Position numbers and translations under genes: made by a program
NCBI GenBank assembly: GCA_016712025.1
Contig: JADJRW010000012.1
Coordinates: 95,941-159,940, forward strand
From: Flavobacteriales bacterium
GTDB lineage: Bacteria; Bacteroidota; Bacteroidia; Flavobacteriales_F; PHOS-HE28
DNA: 64,000 nt
Direction: 5' to 3'
The notes under the pieces: model-generated
Seen by the model: only the letters and a program-made list of their open reading frames with translations
Database searches by the model: none
What the model was told of the DNA's origin: nothing
Shown: positions 46,946 to 64,000 of the stretch, piece after piece
How the letters are laid out: each line of letters opens with the position of its first letter
How positions within the stretch are numbered: the first letter of the stretch is position 1

Positions 46946-48838
46946 TCATCGAGCGTTGGTCAGGTCCTTGTCGCCGATCACCATGAACTCCGTGCGACGG
47001 TTCTGCTGGTGGCGTTCTTCATCGCAGGCCACGCCGTCGCGGCATTCGTTGACCGGTTTCTCCTCTCCGAAGCCCTTTGCGCGTATGCGGTCGGGGTCGG
47101 CGCCATGGCGGATCAGAAAATCCACTGCGCTGTTCGCGCGTGCATCGCTGAGCACCAGATTAAAGGTCACCGCCGCGCGCGTCGGTGTGGGAGCTCAGCT
47201 CGAAGCTCAAGTGCGCATTGTCGTTGATGAGGCGCACCACGCGCTCCAATTCCTGGGCGGCATCCGGGCGTATGTCCCATTTGTCGTAGTCGTAGTAGAT
47301 GTTGTTCAGCACGAAGCTCTCGCCCACTTGTGCGCTTTTCAAATGCAGGTCCCGGTGCAATGTGTCGGAACCTAAGAGGCCTTTCGTACTAAGGTCGACA
47401 GTAGTGGCGAGATGGTCCTTTCCTCGGCGCGCAGGACATTAGTCGGTGTTGGCGTTCAGCGAGAATCCGAACCTGCCATCCGGGGCCGGTGAAGCTGGAG
47501 ACATCGTCGCCGATGCCGTCAGCCAACAAGGTCACCGCCGGCGTTCGGCAGGAACAGGCTCCTCATCGAACACCACACCTTCCACATAGAAGATCGGTTC
47601 GTTCGCCCAGAACACATAGACCTGGTCAAGGCTGTCGCGATTGCTGCTCAGATAGCCACCTTCAGTAGTGCTGTCCAACACCATCGAAAAATCATCATGG
47701 GGCGTGTTGATCGGTGCGTTCATGTTCATCGGAGCACTCCAGCGACCTTCTTGCTCGTGTGTTTCGAAGATGTCCAGGCCCCCCATGTTCTCATGGGCCG
47801 TGCTCGAGAAATAGAGCGATGCACCATTGATCACGGGAAGAGTTCATTGCCCGCCGAGTTCACCGGTAGAGCCCAGGTTCTCCGGCTCCGACCAACCCGT
47901 GCCGATGTCCTTGCATCGCCAGATATCCGTGCCACCAAGCCCCGGGCGGTCGCTGGCGAAATAGAGCATCTTGCCGTCCGTGCTCAAGGCCGGGTGGCCG
48001 GTGCTCCAGTATTCCCCGTTGTAGGCGAAGGCCCGCATGTCCGACCATCGGCCGGTGCTGTCCAAGGTGGAACGGAACAGCATCAAGTGGCTCGTATTGC
48101 CAGCGTCCTTTTGCAACTTGCGCTTCACATAGTTGCTGCGTGTGAAGTACAAGGTGCGGCCGTCCGGTGCGAGCACGGCGGGTCCCTCATGGAAGGGGCC
48201 GTTCACCTGGCCCGGCAGGCCTGTGCTTCGGTTCCAGGTCACCACTGTCTTCTTTTCGCTGTAGTAGAGGTCCAGAAAGGAAAGTCCGTTCCAAGGGTTC
48301 GCGCTCGTTCGGGCGACCTGTTCTTCACCTGCCACCAGCAAACCCTTACGATACGGGATGGCGCCGAAGGCCGAAGCAATCCCGGGAAGGTTCAACCGGT
48401 TCACGATGAAGCGACCGCTGTCCGCGTAAAAGGACTTGTAGCCCTGGGTTGATCCTATAGGTCCAACGCCCGCCGGTTCTCGGGGGTCTCTTGCAAGACA
48501 CGCAGAAAGATCGCTGCCGCAGCCTCGGGCTTGCCATTGCCCATCAATACCTCGCCATAGTTCAATGCCGTGTCGCCGGTTATAGGGTGCGATGCATCGG
48601 CCAGAGCATAGTGCTTTTCGGCCGTCAGCAGATCGCTGTGGCGGCGGTGGGCATCAGCCATACGCAGTCGTGCGGGGCGCACCTCGCTGTGGCGTAGCAC
48701 CTTGCCGTAGAAGCGCTCGGCCCGCGGATACTGCATGAGTCCGTATGCCTCATCCTTTCGCAGGTTGTAGCTGGCGCACGAAGAGAGAAGGATCGCCGCA
48801 GCGAAAGGGAGCGATGTGTTCCGAGGGAGCGTCATCAT
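46946..48838 (-). CDS. PorE-like lipoprotein: TPR + PD40/WD40-like + OmpA C-terminal domain (multiply frameshifted)
   Basis: Lipoprotein start LPFAAAILLSSCASYNLRKDEAYGLMQYPRAERFYGKVL; PD40-type HPALSTDGKMLYFASDRPGLGGTDIWRC and APDGRTLYFTRSNY; OmpA part NNIYYDYDKWDIRPDAAQELERVVRLINDN..ELSSHTDARG and DFLIRHGADPDRIRAKGFGEEKPVN..EERHQQNRRTEFMVI. Confidence 0.8.
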
Positions 48839-49738
48839 CTAGAAGTAGCGAGGTGACTTGATACGGATCGGGTCCTTGCCGAGGTCGATGCCCAGCATCA
48901 CCTCGTGCGATCCTCCATTGAAGCGACGCAGCATCGAGGTGGTCATGTCATAGGCGTAGCCCACGCGGAACATCGGCGTGATCTGGTATTCCAGCATACC
49001 CACGAACGCATCGCCGGTGCGGTACCCTGCTCCGAGCCACAGCTTCTCGCGGAAGAGCACGTTGCAGTTCAGATCGGCCTCGGGCGGCGCATCGGGTTGG
49101 TACTTCACCAGCACCGAGGGCTTGAGATCGAAGTTCTCGTTGAGGTGGAAGACGCGACCGGCGTGGAGATAGAAATGCTGGGTGAAGTAATGGTCCAATG
49201 CACTGGCGGCAGCGGCGCTCACCTGGCCATCGGCCGCATATATGGTGGGAACGGAGAGCCCCACGTAGGTCAGCTCATCGTGCCAGAACACACCGAAACC
49301 GAACTTGCCGACCATGGCGTTCTTGATGCGTTGCTGGTAGACATCGTCGTTCGCGTCCCAATACACCAGTTCGCCGATGTTCGCGGAGTAGACGGAGAGC
49401 CCCGCGCGCAGACCGAAGGCCAGCCGGCTCGTTTCACCGGTGCGGATGCTATAGGCGTAGTGCCCGGAGATGTCCAGATCACGACTTATGCCGATGCGAT
49501 CATGCACGATGGAAAGTCCGAGACCCATGCGGTTGTTCCACAGCGGGCCGTCGATCGCCAGCATGCTGGTCTTCGGTGCGCCATCCATTTGGGTCCACTG
49601 TTCGCGGTGAAGCAGACTGCCGCTCACATAAGGGTGGCTGCCAGCATACGCGGGGTTCAGGAAGAGCCCGTTGAACATGTACTGGCTCACCATCACTTCC
49701 TGCTGGGCCTGCACCACCAGCGCGCACGTAGCGGCCAA
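48839..49738 (-). CDS. Type IX secretion/gliding membrane protein PorP/SprF family
   Basis: QQEVMVSQYMFNGLFLNPAYAGSHPYVSGSLLHREQWTQMDGAPKTSMLAIDGPL...GLGLSIVHDRIGISRDLDISGHYAYSIRTGETSRLAFGLRAGLSVY. The signal peptide ..YRPFLLALAATCALVVQAQ extends upstream without a clear ATG. Confidence 0.93.
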   Translation of the reverse strand: MAATCALVVQAQQEVMVSQYMFNGLFLNPAYAGSHPYVSGSLLHREQWTQMDGAPKTSMLAIDGPLWNNRMGLGLSIVHDRIGISRDLDISGHYAYSIRTGETSRLAFGLRAGLSVYSANIGELVYWDANDDVYQQRIKNAMVGKFGFGVFWHDELTYVGLSVPTIYAADGQVSAAAASALDHYFTQHFYLHAGRVFHLNENFDLKPSVLVKYQPDAPPEADLNCNVLFREKLWLGAGYRTGDAFVGMLEYQITPMFRVGYAYDMTTSMLRRFNGGSHEVMLGIDLGKDPIRIKSPRYF

Positions 49739-49808
49739 AGCGAGCAGGAAGGGGCGGTAGGACGGGCATGTTGCTGAGGTAGTTCATGGCGTTGGGTCAT
49801 GGTTGCGT

Positions 49809-63304
<13,496 letters not shown>

Positions 63305-63329
<25 letters not shown>

Positions 63330-63664
63330 TCGGCTTCCCAGTCAGCGGCGTTCAGTGCGAGCGGTATCACGTCCGCTTGATTAGAGCGGTTCTGGAGCAT
63401 CGGAAGAAGGCGGTCCGTGTCGGCTTGGCGCATGGGCCCGGAGGTGGATTCCACCACGAGTATTCCAGCGGGCACACAGGCGAAGGCGATGCGGAACCCA
63501 CCGTCCAGGGCGAGATCCTGGGCCAGCGCATCGCGGGTGGCGGAGGTGAGACCGGTGATCCGGAAGGCGGAGCGGCCGGGGGTCAGGGCGCTGGGCCGAG
63601 CGTGCAGGCCAGCAGGGATCAATCCTGTGATCCACAGGCCCTTAATGCAGGAATTCCGTTCCAT
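63305..63664 (-). CDS. Small protein of unknown function
   Basis: 119-aa ORF between the adhesin and the RlmB-like gene. It overlaps the first codons of the adhesin ORF. Confidence 0.35.
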
Positions 63665-63806
63665 GGTCCGTTCGTTCTAGCGCTTCCGGCAGGGAGGAGT
63701 AGTCCCTATGGAAGCGCCCTTTGTACCCGGACGGAAGGGGAAAGGTTATCGACGGGTGGAAGGAACTACCCGATGGAACTCCGGAAAAGAAGGATGGGCC
63801 AGAATC

Positions 63807-64000
63807 TCAGCCCTTCGCCATCCGCGCCCTCAGTACCGCGTGCAGCACGATGCCCGCCGCCACGCTCACATTCAGCGAGCCGATCTGGCCGGCCATGGGG
63901 ATGCGCACTAATTCATCCGCCATGCGCAGCACGCGGTCGTTGATGCCCATGTCCTCCGATCCCATCACCACGACCAGCGGCCCGGTGAGATCGACCTCGG
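63807..64000 (-). CDS. TrmH-family 23S rRNA (guanosine-2'-O)-methyltransferase, RlmB-like, partial (5' end outside the window)
   Basis: My translation: EVDLTGPLVVVMGSEDMGINDRVLRMADELVRIPMAGQIGSLNVSVAAGIVLHAVLRARMAKG*, the SPOUT C-terminal motifs. Confidence 0.85.
   Translation of the reverse strand, partial: EVDLTGPLVVVMGSEDMGINDRVLRMADELVRIPMAGQIGSLNVSVAAGIVLHAVLRARMAKG

Overview
This window looks like a chromosomal segment from a high-GC Bacteroidota (Flavobacteriales-like) genome. It is dominated by a long minus-strand str/S10/spc/alpha ribosomal super-cluster (rpsL to rplQ, about 23.4-41.5 kb) that continues into carA and eno. Flanking genes include mutS, tRNA-Gly(GCC), tRNA-Leu(UAA), a GluQ-like synthetase, an acyl-CoA desaturase, dnaJ, grpE, a TlpA-like gene, murA, a DUF4290-like gene, a UvrD/PcrA helicase, and a PQQ-type sugar dehydrogenase inserted between rplQ and carA. 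The right side holds a degenerate Fic-fold gene, a T9SS-exported M1 peptidase, and a minus-strand gliding/T9SS-type locus. That locus consists of a roughly 13.5 kb SprB-like giant repeat adhesin with a choice-of-anchor-L-like N-terminus and a type B sorting domain, then PorP/SprF, then a PorE-like lipoprotein/TPR/PD40/OmpA protein. The best biological candidates for follow-up are the giant adhesin locus, with two repeat dialects in blocks, the duplicated Asp-rich C-terminal module on the dehydrogenase, and the Fic gene lacking its catalytic His. Many essential genes carry isolated single-base or 2-base frameshifts, and a 543-bp nearly pure G/C tract sits inside the adhesin. Both indicate consensus or assembly errors, so gene-structure conclusions need raw-read checks. 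I found no CRISPR array, transposon or convincing new defence system.
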